From Schmidtea polychroa (taxonomy: Eukaryota), in the NCBI GenBank assembly GCA_044892525.1, contig CM097885.1:19718001-19782000 (forward strand): DNA of 64,000 bases. Reading direction: 5' to 3'. The position numbers and the translations under genes are program-made. The notes below the pieces were generated by a model. It saw only the letters and a program-made list of their open reading frames with translations. It made no database searches and was not told the origin of the DNA. Shown piece by piece: positions 12,901 to 26,754 of this stretch. Every line of letters starts with the position of its first letter. The stretch's first letter is position 1.

Positions 12901-14559
12901 TATTTTTTTTTAACTTGGAATATGTTCAGTCTTATATATATTATGATAATATTATCGTAATGAATAATTTTTTTGTTGTATATGCACTTTCTTTAAATTT
13001 ATTAGCTTTGTATTCAATTGGTATGTATTTTTAGCCAAATTTTTATATGGCTCATCTAAAAGTAAGGAACATTTCCCGTTTCTATGCATTTAATGACCTT
13101 ATATGTAATTTTTAAGCAAGAGCACATGCCCAATTTGAAAAATGTCCTTGATTTTGCGAATGCCAGATAAATCAAACGCAAGTTTTTTCAGTTATTTTTG
13201 TAAAATGCGTAAGCTTATAATGAATAAATAATAAAAAGTCAATATAAATTATCATAAGTTTTCTGCGGTATGTCCTATTTTAGAATATTAATAAAAATCT
13301 ATAAATTATAATTAAAACAGTCAATAATGGTAAAAATAAAAGGTTAAAATTTTAAATTCGTGTAATTATGCATTTAATTACTATCAATGTCATCGCCTGT
13401 CACAGCGAAGTCTACAGTAACAAAACCTACGCTATAGGAAACTTTGATATAGGGTGTAAATCTATAGAGGGGTTTACTCCAGGTTTATTCCAGCGTTTCC
13501 CAAAGTTTTTTCACCGCGGCACCCTTTTTGATTTCAAATTTTTGACGGAACCCTTTTTACAAAAATCTTAGGCATGTTAGTTTGGTCGTATTACTTATAT
13601 CGAATCACCATCAAAAATTCATTTATTTGAGTAAATTAATCTCATTTTATAAAAATTCAGTTCAGTGACTAAATAATTTCAAATTTAGGTGGCGCAAATT
13701 TCAAAGATCTGTTGATAACACCATTTTTCAAAATCGGTAATGTATATACCTAAAGCGTAAATCACATTACACAAAATGGCGTTGATTACAAATTTGTAAC
13801 CCACGTTATAGAAATATTAATTTGAAGATTAGTCGAAAAATTTTCCCGGTTTTACAATAACAAAAGCATTTGTTTGTTGCGCTTTAACATCAGCAGATAA
13901 ATTTCAGATTGAAAATCTACACAGTCCATTGAAGGAATTCTGGAATGACTATTTTGATATCACTAGTTGCCTATCAAGATTTGCAAATGAGGTTGCCGCG
14001 AAGGGTGACTATTTCGAAACGATTTCCGATATAATGGAAAATGGTTTAATAAGTCCACTTGATCTAAGTAGAAAGATTAAATAAAGCTTATTTTACTGTT
14101 AAAAAAATAAAATAATAATGTAAGGCATTATGTATAAATAAATAAAAGCTGGATGGATTTTATTTTAGTACCAATAAATTAATAATTTATTTTTACAGTT
14201 TTTCAGGATTTTTTCAGAATCAAACTTTTAATTTCAATACAATCGAATAAAAGCCAAATAAACAAAATAAATTTTACGAAAAAATGAAAAAATAACATTC
14301 GATTAAAACCCATAGGGGTTTTATTCGAAAAGGGGTTTATTTGAGATTTTCACTTTTAAAAAATTATTAATTATTGCAATTCATCAAGCAATGTTAAAAG
14401 TTGACACGGAAAAATAGAAAAAATATTTTAAAATAATTAACAAATTTATTATTAATTATTAACAATGTAAAACAATAAAGTGATAATTGCAGCAAAAATT
14501 ATCACTTTATACTTATTAACAATGTATATTACTTAGAATATATTACAATATAATATTAA

Positions 14560-14900
14560 TTCATCTTTGTCCCTTCATTAATTCAGAAATTATTTCATCC
14601 GGACCTATTTTAATGTCTTGATGAATATATAACAAAGCCAACCCGTTTAACCTTTTTTCATCCATGGTATTTCTTAAATATGACTTCAGGTATTTAAGTG
14701 ATGAAAAAGAACACCCTGCTGTGCAAGTTGATAGCGGGAAAGTAGCAAATACTGTGAGAAGAATCTAAATATTTTTATAAAAAATTGGATCACATATTGC
14801 TAATGTATCTACAGTAGTAGTCGGTTTGATTTTAATTTCTTCAAATTTTTTTTTGTACCACATCTTAAACTCATATTTAAGAGTTTGTTTTGTTACAATC
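14560..14900 (-). pseudogene. hAT transposase C-terminal dimerisation fragment (Tip100/ZMYM1-like)
   Basis: Minus-strand translation ATFPLSTCTAGCSFSSLKYLKSYLRNTMDEKRLNGLALLYIH. Confidence 0.75.
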
Positions 14901-16097
14901 AATATCATTTTGATAGAAATCAATTAGGTTATTATAATTTTGAAGTTGTTCGTCCATTTTCTTTAGTTGTTTTTATTCTTATCTAATTCTCATAAGACAA
15001 CCAAAATAAAGGTTTTATTAAAATATTTTATCCGTAATTTATATTTAATAATTTATTTGGGGGGGGGGTCAAAATGCTCCCTATGCCCCCCCTAACTAAG
15101 TCCTTGAAATTAAAAACTCTAGTTTTATTTGTTAACTCTTGTCAATCTTACTACAAAATAAATAAAAATTTTATTACCTTTCCGTTAATTGATAAACTAC
15201 TAGCATGGTAATCAAACAGGGAATTTTTGCTTTGAAAAAAAATAATTAAAAGATAAAAATTTTTTAATTAATTAATTAATTAGTATTTTTGAAATATTTT
15301 CCACAAATATTGATTTATACATTTGCAATTCCATTAATCAATTTTCCCACTTTTGCATTAAATGGTAAAAATATTTTTTCCATATGTTAATTATTATAAT
15401 CGGTTTTTATTTATAAAATACTTTATTTAATTTAATTCTAAACCACAAACTCAATGATAAATTAAAAGATAATTAATAATAAGAAAATTAATAATTAAAT
15501 AGTTGAAAAATCTCACATCTCCTTTGCAAGACTTCGTTTTATCATCACCCCCATAACTAAGAGAGGAGTCATGGCCCTTTGAAGTCACGTATATATAATA
15601 AAAGTTGACGAAGAAAACAATGAAAAAGTTACTGAAGATTCAAGTTTTACAAAATGATTGAATCAACAAATAGCATGCAACTAATACAGATTATATACAA
15701 AAATAATTTAACAGTCTTCGATGTGTTGAATATCAAAGGATTCCACGAATAGAAAAACCTAACTGAAAAAATCATTTTCAGTTGATAAAATGAAAAAAAA
15801 TATATTAAAATTTTTATTGGCTTGATAGCCATGAGTACAATTATATTAAGGATGCAAACATCAATTTATTCAACGATTCAAATAGTCCATGTTCTAGTTG
15901 TATTAATTCTTTTCTATTAATTCATTGTCGAAAATAAATTGTCGAAAGTCTAATAATTTTCAATTTCTACACTTTCACCAATTCATTACGGAACACACTA
16001 ACAGATACACACCGACAGCAACACACATTCACGCTGTACTTGACATTGTATTGATTTGTTTGAATTCTTATAAAATTGAAATGAACTCTCTGTAAAC

Positions 16098-18146
16098 ATG
16101 GATTTTTTTGATTTTACTGATTTTCAGTTCACCAGCTCATTGGAAGCTCCTGTTTATTTGCTGTCTGCTTTATACGAATTGTATGGAATATTTCAAAATG
16201 TTTCTACCACTTATAGTGAAGACGGACACTTAGTCGAAAATGGTATAAAACTGAATTGTAGTCGAAAGTCTCCAGCCACAGAATATGCTGAATATGCCAT
16301 TGGTACATATTATGTTATTTGTATTATTATATTCTCCATGATGGTCAAACGAGTATCTTATAGACGGAATCAGTGTAACGGCAAGCCAGGACTTGTATTG
16401 CCAATGAACATGTTAAACAGTCACAATTACATCGTCGAATATACGTTGGTTTTTCTCTCTCTATCCGAAGAAATTTACGGCTACATTTTCGGTACGAAGG
16501 TAGAAGTTGGTCAATTAATTCCAATTGTTAAATTTTTTATTAAACTATGTATTGTTATCACATTTTCAATTATTTCTTATCCAATTTTTGCCGCCATTAC
16601 AAGTCGCCATTTGTTCGGCTATATCACTGTTATGCTGGCGTCAGTTGCCTTTTTTTTTCTCGGGGTTTCAGCAACATATACCTATTGTTTCTGTTTAGTT
16701 GGCGTAAAAATCGTTCCGTTTTTATTTGCAGCCGTCCTCTACAGTTCGATAGAAATATCTATTGTTGGGATGTTTGTTTGGAAAACTTTTTGTCACATAC
16801 GAGAAAACGGATTTAGAAATCGAGAATTAAACTGCAAATTGTCACCAGATAAGGAAAATTCGAAAATTTATGTTAGAAAATTGTTGAATGAAAATTTAGA
16901 CTTGAAGTCATTGAAAACAGAAAATCCGACAGAAGAAAAAGAAGAAGAATTGAAATTTATTGTCAGCCATTTTAAATGCGACGAATTGAAAAGTAAAATG
17001 AAAGAAAAGATTTATAGACCGATTCCTGGATTTGGATTCCCGCCACGATTGATGATTGGGATGTTTGTGGGGTTGTATTTTGCCTATAGGATTTTCATAG
17101 ACAATATTTTGGGACTGACTCCAACCGCGTGGAAGCTGCTAGATGTAATTAATAAAAAATATTTAACTACACAAACAAATATTAGTCGATCTTTTTACTT
17201 AATTTGGAGCAACTATTCTCTTTATTCAAAGTTGGAAATGCAAAATTCCTTTCGATATTTAACTTTCTCTTACACTCATCTTTTGATTTCCTGTTTTCTT
17301 GCAGCAATTTTTATCGCATTTATTAATTCCATTATTCAGTCCTTATTACTGTTGAGAAATTACCGACTTCATTTTCATCGAATAACGAGAAAGGGGTTCT
17401 CAACTTTCATGGACATCAAACAGGCCCCTCCTCCCTACAGTTTAGTACTCGGATATGTTCGATTCAGTGGTTATCAGGCAGCGTATACTTTGTGGGGAAT
17501 TTTAGTCGTGACGTTTTTTATGTTTATAGTTCTTTTTATTTCAATTGGTATAGTTCTGTGGCCTTTATTTTATATTGAAAATTCTTGGCCTAGGAGACTT
17601 CTGATTAACTATGGTCCGGTATTAGTCGTGACGATTATTTTTAATATTATTCAAACAACGATTGTGAAATATTTATTTGTCATGGAGAAAGGAACGATTA
17701 TGGAAGTGAACAATCGAAGATCATTTATAATTTATACGCATTGTGCATTTTTTCTAAATGCTATGATGGGCATTTTCAATTCTGTCAAACGTGTCATCAT
17801 CTGGGTATTTTCTGGAGTGTTTTGCTTTTCTAGAATAGATTTTAGTTCTTTGCCTGAATACTTGCACGGATTCGACAGTGGATACATGGCATATGTAGGA
17901 TTTGTTTACACAGAACAATATCATTTTAATCCTATTTTACTATGCTTTACGGATCTTCTTGTGGAAACGAAAAAAGAAAAATATATTAATACAAATGAAG
18001 ATCAACTCGACTTATTAAATAATGACAAAGGACGCACGAGGTTTAGAAATTTGTGGCGTGTCGCTGTTACTTTAATAAACAATCACCAGTTGTTATTAGA
18101 GAGGAAAAATATTTTGAAAAATAATGTTGTTTGTGATGGAGAATGA
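16098..18146 (+). CDS. STRA6: STRA6-family multi-pass membrane protein (retinol-binding-protein receptor-like), single exon
   Basis: 682 aa with many TM segments. Family motifs GKPGLVLPMNML, FSGYQAAYTLWG, NRRSF..FFLNAMMG, SRIDFS..FDSGYMAYVGF..HFNPIL and RFRNLWRVAVTLINN. Confidence 0.88.
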   Translation: MDFFDFTDFQFTSSLEAPVYLLSALYELYGIFQNVSTTYSEDGHLVENGIKLNCSRKSPATEYAEYAIGTYYVICIIIFSMMVKRVSYRRNQCNGKPGLVLPMNMLNSHNYIVEYTLVFLSLSEEIYGYIFGTKVEVGQLIPIVKFFIKLCIVITFSIISYPIFAAITSRHLFGYITVMLASVAFFFLGVSATYTYCFCLVGVKIVPFLFAAVLYSSIEISIVGMFVWKTFCHIRENGFRNRELNCKLSPDKENSKIYVRKLLNENLDLKSLKTENPTEEKEEELKFIVSHFKCDELKSKMKEKIYRPIPGFGFPPRLMIGMFVGLYFAYRIFIDNILGLTPTAWKLLDVINKKYLTTQTNISRSFYLIWSNYSLYSKLEMQNSFRYLTFSYTHLLISCFLAAIFIAFINSIIQSLLLLRNYRLHFHRITRKGFSTFMDIKQAPPPYSLVLGYVRFSGYQAAYTLWGILVVTFFMFIVLFISIGIVLWPLFYIENSWPRRLLINYGPVLVVTIIFNIIQTTIVKYLFVMEKGTIMEVNNRRSFIIYTHCAFFLNAMMGIFNSVKRVIIWVFSGVFCFSRIDFSSLPEYLHGFDSGYMAYVGFVYTEQYHFNPILLCFTDLLVETKKEKYINTNEDQLDLLNNDKGRTRFRNLWRVAVTLINNHQLLLERKNILKNNVVCDGE

Positions 18147-19319
18147 ACAATTTGAATTAATTTTATCTAATAAATTTTCAATTAAAATATTTTTTTAATT
18201 ATAGTTAGTTTATATGATGACTAGATTAACGTATAAGGACACTGGCAGTAAATTTCATTCAAGTCATTTGAAGTTTGGCAATAGTGGACTTTTATATGAA
18301 TGAAAATTATTTTATTATATTTGATGAAAATAACTTAAACATGTGCTTTGTGGCTGTTTCCGATGCATTTAAAAAGTGCCTATTACTTTCCGGAAAATGC
18401 GAACTAAATATAATTTGTGGCTCTTTGAATATTAACGGAATAAATTTGTGTTCGCCTTATAAGGAAAATATCTATTCACCTTTACCTCATGCCAAAGTCA
18501 CATTTCAAATTCTGAATATTATTATTCAAATAAATTTAATTTGAATAAATATATTATTAAAATTGGTTAGTTCTGGGTTTCCCAACCTTTGGCTAACAAG
18601 GACCCACTTGCCAAAATTAAAATCTTTGGCGACCCATTGACAAATAAAATTTGTGCCTTGGGGGACGAAGTGAGCGAAGCGAGTTACGGACGATTAGGGT
18701 GTTTGGGCGGAGATTCAGCCGCCAACGATTTTGGGAGTATTTAGGTGTAAAAGTAGTTCTTTTTGGCAACTTCAAAACAACAATTTTGACACCCATGGGC
18801 AAGCAAAAAACGAAAACGAAAAGTCAAAAAAAGTTAACAATGTTGTCGCAAATATTTAATTAGGTGTTTTATGAACTTGTATGGCAAACTTGAATACACC
18901 TAACAAGACGCTGGAACACGTCGTAAATTATGTATTAGTGTGCATATTCGATTGTAGTATTAAAATATTATTTTGGTTTGGATTCTGGAAAACCTGAATC
19001 GCGAACATTTTAAAAAAGCGCTCCGCACAGGCTGTAAGCTCTTATTCTTAATTTATGCGAATCGGATGACAGCGTACTTCGCAATGTTGTCAACCTCTTT
19101 TAGGTCCTTGGTGCGGGAGTCAAAGAAATTTTTTTTTATTTTAATTTTTTATTTTCTGATTTGGGAAATGATTGATAGATTCAATTTGCTCATTTATCTA
19201 TTTGACCGTATCATTTCTGACCCTGTCATTTATCTCGATATTCATCTGATCCAATTTGATCCACAAATTATTATTGCTATTTCTCATTATGGTTTTCAGC
19301 TCTTGATTTTCTTGCATTG

Positions 19320-19530
19320 ATTTCATTTCTTAATGATTCAATTGATTCATCTTTTCTCATATCATTTATCTTTAGCTCATTAATTTCATTTCTCAAAGAT
19401 GCAATTGATTCAACTTTCTATATATCATTTATCTTTAGCTCATTCATTTCCTTTATCAAAGATGCAATTGATTCAACTTTTTACATATCATTTATCTTTA
19501 GCGCATTCATTTCCTTTCTCAATTCTTCGA
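19320..19530. repeat. 63-bp tandem repeat (~3 copies), decayed coiled-coil coding on the minus strand
   Basis: Unit ATTGATTCAACTTTCTATATATCATTTATCTTTAGCTCA... recurs at 19341, 19404 and 19467. Confidence 0.8.
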
Positions 19531-19589
19531 TCATTTCAATTAAGATTTTATTGTGGTTGTCAATATTAGAGATGGAATACTCATTCAAT

Positions 19590-19980
19590 TTATCCTGATA
19601 CTCAGTTCGTAAATCTTCCTTTTCAAGCCTTTTATCTAAACTTCGCAGCCTATTCTCTGCCATTCTATCACTATTGGGCAAAGACGTTGGTGACTCTTTC
19701 CATGGCACTTTTACCTCGAAATGTCCGTCTATTTTTTCATCTCAGATTTTGTTTTCTCATAAATAACCTGGTCTTTTGCTGCAAATATATTTTCCTTTAA
19801 GCCACTTTCGTCAATCTCCCAAAATCGTTCCATTTGTCTTTCCAAATAATCGCAATTACCAAAGAACGTTCTTATGAAATTGCTTTGATGATTCCAAGTT
19901 CTTCCCACTGAGGTTCTTCCAACACATGTCCAGCCAAGTAGAGTTAAACGGGCAACTTACCATCCAACTTACTGTTGGGC
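19590..19980 (-). pseudogene. Bel/Pao LTR retrotransposon pol fragment
   Basis: VARLTLLGWTCVG, MERFWEID and GHFEVKVPWKESPTSLPNSDRMAENRLRSL are typical of the Bel/Pao protease-to-RT linker. Confidence 0.75.
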
Positions 19981-21498
19981 TAAATGTGGAGGTGGCGAAA
20001 ACTGGATCAAATAGGGAAACGCACCCCGGGGAAGAATTAAATGAAATAGAATAAAAAATAAATCACGAAATCCCGGTAGTAAATAGGGAGAAACAATAAA
20101 ATATTAATAAAAGAATAAGAATAAGCAACCAAATAAATAAAACCCCTAAAAGTTGAAAATAAGGCAAAAGGGAAACAATCTAAAACATACAACGGATAAA
20201 GTAGAAATAGGATAAGCAAAAGTGAGAGAAAATAAATGAGAAATTAAAGAAATAAATAAAAAAAAAACAAAATCATCTTTAAGTCTAATTAAAACAAAAA
20301 AATTGTATTACGATAAAGTAGCAGTGAACCCGCAGAAAAATTAGGAGAAAAATAGTAAGAATAAGAAAAATAAATAAAATAATAATAAGAAATAAGTCAA
20401 GTCATTAAAACTTAATATATTATGATAAAAACATAAAAATAATAATAAATAGTAAAATTACAAGCAAGTCGCGTCCTGATTGGACGAAAAATACTATATA
20501 TGCAACGTGGAAAATTAGAAAACTACCACTTTAATTTTCACGATTGCAGACTGCAGATCACAGGACTAGAAACTAATTTCCAAAACTACAGACTTCAGAG
20601 CCTTTAATTTCAGTTTAGCGATTTCAACTAAGGGATAATTACGACCAGTGACAGATTCATTCTAAATTTCAAACTAGACCGATTTTATCCAGTTTTCAAA
20701 ACTCAAGGTATGGGTCGATGGTTACTTATGGATGATTGGTATTTTAATTATTGTCAATACAAAATAATTTCATGAAATAAAATTATTAAACCAAGAACAA
20801 CCTTTCTTCATGGTGCCGGCAACTGTATCATCCGGACGTTCCAGGTATGATATGGACGAACAGGGGTATGCCACGGTGGAGAGCCTGTCACGAGGAATTT
20901 TTGTAGAATGCATCCATAAGATGTTGGGGAAATTTTCTTTTGATCCTTGGAGAGCATGATAGTGGTTGATGAGATAGTTATAAATGTGATGATCGAAGAT
21001 GCGATTTGATCGGAAGGGGATATCATACTTGGATGCCAGATGATATGGTCGCCGGGTAAAATTTTTTTATTATTCATTTATTTGTTCACCATTTATTGTT
21101 TTGTAATCATAAATTGTGCAAAATGTTGGATCTGAATGAGTCGATTGGTCCCTCATGACGGTGCAAGAACGGCGGCAGAGATGAATGCCTTCTTGGGTGT
21201 GTCACGAGGGGTGAAGAGACTCGGTAGCTGAAATGCGTTCGCGAAGTAAAATTGTTTCACCGAGCGCGATCATTCCTAGAGTACTTTCGTTTTCATGCAG
21301 TCACACCGGGATTTCTATCAGTTCAGAAGATAATGTAAATTCCAAAAAACGAAGACATTTGAGATCGACATCGACATTCGCATTAATTTAGTAGTCATCC
21401 ACACAGATAAGAGAGGATCTTCATGGCCTTCCGATGAGCGTCAGAGTATTTAAGAAAGGCATTTCTAACACTATTTCGTGAATAAGTTCAGTGACTTT

Positions 21499-22134
21499 AG
21501 TAGATGGATTGTTCACCGCGAAAACAGGTCACCGCCAGCACAAAGACATTTTTTACCCCCCCCCCCCCCCCCGCCGGAAAAATTAAAAAAATTTTTTTTT
21601 CAACTTGAGAACAAAGACATATGACTCATCCGATGACTCATCAAGCATTCAAGGTCAACTTGAGAACAAATACATATGACTCATCCGATGACTCATCAAG
21701 CATTCAAGGTCGACTTGAGAACAAAGACATATGACTCATCAAGCATTCAAGGTCGACTTGAGAACAAATACATATGACTCATCAATGATATATAATTATT
21801 ATTATTTTTAAAAATATTATTATTTCTAATGTCTTTGTGCTCGCGGTGACCTACTATTTGGCCTGCCAAAAGTTATCGTCCCCATCAACTTATTTCATCG
21901 ATCCATAGCTTATTTTGAAGCTTGGTGCAAGACCTTTCGAATGAGCTATTGTTGTCATCACCATCTTTAATATTGGCAAAGTTATTAACATTTTCCCAAG
22001 ACATTATTTGTATTATTATTATTATTATTATTATGACTATTAATCTATATACTCCGAGTTTATCCGACAAAATATTCTGTCCCCCTATGGGTAATGCTCA
22101 AAAGGGTACTGCTCACACTCAACAACTCACAAGG

Positions 22135-22140
<6 letters not shown>
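21499..22140. repeat. Polinton Q terminal inverted repeat with internal tandem repeats
   Basis: AGTAG terminus, C-run, ~55/43-bp repeats at 21600-21785. Inner part is homologous to 28300-28565 and to the reverse complement of 60130-60365. Confidence 0.8.
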
Positions 22141-22187
<47 letters not shown>

Positions 22188-22320
22188 AAAAATCCTATCA
22201 ACAGATAAATAATGTTGCGTGCCCACTGCAACACTATTACACAATAAAAATATAAAATTTCTAACAAAATTCTTTCAAAAGTTCTGTCATTAGGATCCAC
22301 ACGAATCTCAACATTAACAA

Positions 22321-22395
<75 letters not shown>

Positions 22396-25300
22396 AAAAA
22401 ATCCTATCAACAGATAAATAATGTTGCATGCTCACTGCAACACTATTACACAATAAAAATATATTATTATAAAAATTCTTACAAAAGTTAACACTTGTGT
22501 GAAATAATCAAATTTTTATATATTTATACAAGCGTTTAACTGTTGTAAGAACCTTGAAAACTATCACCAGTTTTCAATAAAACGAAATAAAACAATATAA
22601 AGACTATTTTTTTAAAAAATATATTAAAACACAAATTAATCTGATAAAATGACATCGTTAATATCGATGCCGATTTCTCTAATAAAAATGTCTGAGTCTT
22701 CATCAAAATCGGGGCTCAAGCCACCAAAAAGCGGGCCAATCTCTTCGAGTATCTGACCAGCAATATCAGGATTATCAGGATCCGAGTCATCGTCAAAGTC
22801 TGGACTCAAGCCACCAAAAAGTGGTCCTACTTCAGAATATACCTGACCATCATCAGTTTCGTCAAATCCTAAATAATGCCCATATGCCAGACTGAAATTA
22901 GGCCCCACCAATAGTCTGTTGTCATCGTTGTTCGACAAGGCTATTTTACTGTTCTTAAAAGTAAAGAGCTGGTGGTTACGCGTACCTATTCTAGTTTGTG
23001 GCACCGTATATACTACGCTGTTGTTGTAGCAGTCTAAATAAGACTGGTGCCCTATCTCAGTATTACCAAGCTGAACTCCCTTAGCCCTAAGTGTTGCCTT
23101 ATCTCCTAACAAACTATAACACTTAGGGCGCAAGAAAACCCACTCCTTATAACCAAGCCCTTTACTTTCGTCCTTAAATTTCCCTATCACAGAATCCAAA
23201 CTCTTTGAATACAAAGGATGAGCAGGATCATAATTGCTGGTATCTAGAAGATTATCACGAATCATTGCCGGTAAAAGAGTGTCAAGCTTACAGTGCTTTA
23301 TCTCTAAGAAAAAGGAGTCGGTGTCGCCGGCAACGATATTTATATCACAGTTAAACTCTAAACGATATTTTGCCAATTCTATATACTGTAACTGGTACAT
23401 CCTCAGTTTAGACAGGTCTAGCACAGATTGGCCAATGTAGCTAGGCCTGTCTAAACATATAGAATCCTTATTTAGATGTGCAGCAATCAAGTCATCAGCA
23501 ATTTTGATTGATTTCTTGAAAGTCGGCTTTGAAGCATATACAATCATCTTTTCAGCTGAATTGCATAGCCTCAAATTCATCCGTTTTTTAAGGTTTTCCA
23601 CGGATTTCCCATACAGACTATTATTAAATAATTTATATAAATCTCTGTGCAACTTGCATGTAGAATTTGAGCGCAAATTAGTATTAGTCGATATGTAATC
23701 TTTAAAAATGGGTGCATGTTTAAATTTAATTGCCCTATGTACATTTTTAATTACAGCCCCCAATTCTATATACAACTTGAGAAGTCGCCAATGAAGAACA
23801 TGGTTCTTCTTCGGCCAATGAGTGAGCATCAGCTTCTCAACTTTCGAATCTGCGGGCACATTTTTTCCGGAGCAATCGGAAAATCATTCAAAAAATCATG
23901 CAAACACTGAGGGATATCAATATCTACTTCCATTGTATATCCATATGGAAGATTTTCAATATCCTCATTCATACATTCATTCAAGACAGAATCAAGATCA
24001 TCATACACCCATTCAAAGTCAGCATACGGAAGCTTTTGGCTTAAGGCCCAACCATACAAGTTATTTATGTCAATATAAAAGAGTTCTGTGTCTTCAGAAC
24101 TTACAACATAATGTTTGTTAACAAATGTTAACCCACCCCGTATCCCTCCTTCATAGAAATTAAACATTTCCATGTCCTGCAGAAGTTCAATGGGTTCCGT
24201 TAATGTCATAAGCGCTGAGGCCCATGACATACCGGGAATGCCATAGAAATTAAGAGGCTCCAGACCATTGTAAGCAATGGCCTTTTCACGGAATTGTGTA
24301 AAATAATCTGCGAGGAGAAACACGTCTAATTTAAGGTAAGTTAACATGTAATCTTACATGTTGTTGCAATTTTGCCGAGTCCAAATAACTTGGGCTAATG
24401 CATACTCATCATTAGACACAGAATCCCAGATCGGAGGTAGTTCAAGAGTCGATTCCAGAACCTCAAGCGATGTAGCGAAGTCATAAGGGAAGATACCTTT
24501 GGCTCGAACAATTGCGCCATCAAAAACAGAAGAAGTTAAAGGCAGATCGGAAAGAGTCTTAACTGCTTTTGCTAGAGATGAATTAACAAACTTCATGCTG
24601 TCAATAAAACGAACAGGCAATTTGTTAATATACGCGATGAGGGAGATGAATTTCTCAGTAGTGGTCGGAATAATATTTAATTCCCAAGAAGGAAAATTAT
24701 TCAAACCATACTTCAAAATATGATGTAAATCATACCCCCTCAAATTGTGAAAGACAACCGGTAACTGTTTCTGAATTCGTCGCGAAACATTACAGTTCCT
24801 ACAGGCAGCACCAAGATACTTGCCTGTGAAGTGACAATGGTCCCTAACTCTATCTTTAATGAATTTTTTACAAAGGTAACAGGTTCTGGATTCTCGAAAG
24901 ACACGTTCTTCAGTGAAAGACAAGGTTTGCATGGGCTTTTTCCCATTAATTTCGTAATATGGCAGGACAATTGTGACAGCAATTTCCTCTACCTTACGCA
25001 AGAAAGACAACACACAATCATCCCCAACAAACTCATAATAAAATCTGGTATTATTATAATTATTAATTAATAACATGCCTGCTGTTATTGGCATATGTTT
25101 TTGGTGGTGGGTGATGTCTTCAGGTAAAATTGCCTCAAAATCGGCATATATCACGAATATCGGGGTTATTCTTTTGGAAAAATCTTTAAAAATTAAATTT
25201 TTGTCCTTAGGTAGGGTATACAATGTAGTACCTATTTGGTTCTTACTACATAAATCTACATGTATATTAAATATCTTATTATATCTAAAGCCATTAAGGC

Positions 25301-25628
25301 AATGAGGACACCATTTTACGCAAATTTGTATATCACAGGAATTATTACGATGACAATTCATAAGTTTTTGGAGATCAAAAACTGCGGTGTAATGAAAATT
25401 ACTACCATCTTCTAATAATAATAAATATATTGGTTCACCACCTATAACCTTAGAGCGGTGAATAATATCTAGATGTGGGTGATGGGGAATATAATCTATA
25501 TCATGATGTTCAATAGGCTTAGCTGGTTTATTCCTATAAGTTAAAACGTTAATTGCCAAGTTCAGTTCACTGTTTTTGCGTTCAAATTTGGGTATGTCAC
25601 ATAATTTCATCGGGCAATCACTAATAGG

Positions 25629-26052
25629 CAGTGCTCGAAGTGGAGCAAAATATGTGCCGGGATAGGCATGCTGTGGCACCCGGGATTCCAGGCTTTTATG
25701 CAGAAATTTTCAGTTGGGGGTGTTGCAAAACTTTGGGGGGTGTCCAACAAATTTTTTTTGGGGGGGGTGTTCACTCATTTAATCATAAGTTTCAGAATAT
25801 ACCTACCCATCCATTACTGCTGCTTGGGAAATTCCTAATTGAATAGAGAATAGAGAATAAAGAATATATATATACATACATATATGGATGTACTATGTGT
25901 GACCTTAATTGCAGTATTTGTGTGCCTATAAAATGAAATAAGTACCGGGATAAACCTATAGATTATATGAAATGAAGTGCCGGGATGCAATTCCGCCTAC
26001 ATAATCAATGCCGGGATAATATCCCGGCTATCCCGCCTCACTTCGAGCACTG
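25629..26052. mobile_element. hAT-type MITE inserted in Q pPolB
   Basis: TIR CAGTGCTCGAAGTG / CACTTCGAGCACTG and 8-bp TSD CTAATAGG (25621-25628, 26053-26060). Removing it restores FDPISDCPMKL. Confidence 0.93.
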
Positions 26053-26754
26053 CTAATAGGATCGAAATTGATCTCGTTTAAATAACTCTCATAAGCAGTA
26101 ACACGTTGCCTATTGCGGTGTATAACATCACGCTTTAAGAGGGCTAGAATACTATAGATGAAACACATATCATCTGTGTTCTGTATATTTACAATTGCGC
26201 ATTTAGACTTTAAAGCCGCTGGGGTGGGGATGTAACTATGGCCAGCTAATCTATTTATACATTTATATTTATTTATTATAAAATCTATTTCTTTTATCCT
26301 AACAACCCGCCATCCGCTTCCTAAATAGGTGAATTTTTCAATTTTATTATTTAACTTAGTGATACCCTCTAATAGAAAATTATCGGAAAAAACTTCGGCG
26401 TTATTGGAGAAAAAATTATCTCGGATTTCGCCATCTTTCTCAAATTGTATGAGAACAGTGAACTGTATTTTAACCGGCCCCATTCCTTTTATTTCAGCTA
26501 TTAACTTTTCTATAATTTTCGATGTTAACGATATTTGAACTAAATCGTTTTTCTCAACGTCAAACCTTAGATTTTTTCTAGCCCCCTTAAAATCTATTTC
26601 TATTTCTGGTTCGTCATCTATATCGACTGAACCGTGTATTGACCCACCTATTTGCTTATTAATTTGAATATTTATTTCATCACCACCATTAACTTTAATA
26701 ACTTTAGATGGTATACAAGAATCTTGAATAACAGCAGGCGGTTTATTATTGACA

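Noticed and set aside
13490..18620. Isolated hAT-MITE-like starts near 13491 and 18573
   Set aside because: No partner TIR or TSD found.
20000..21490. Possible LTR or non-LTR retroelement remnant
   Set aside because: No termini or protein motif that I could identify with confidence.
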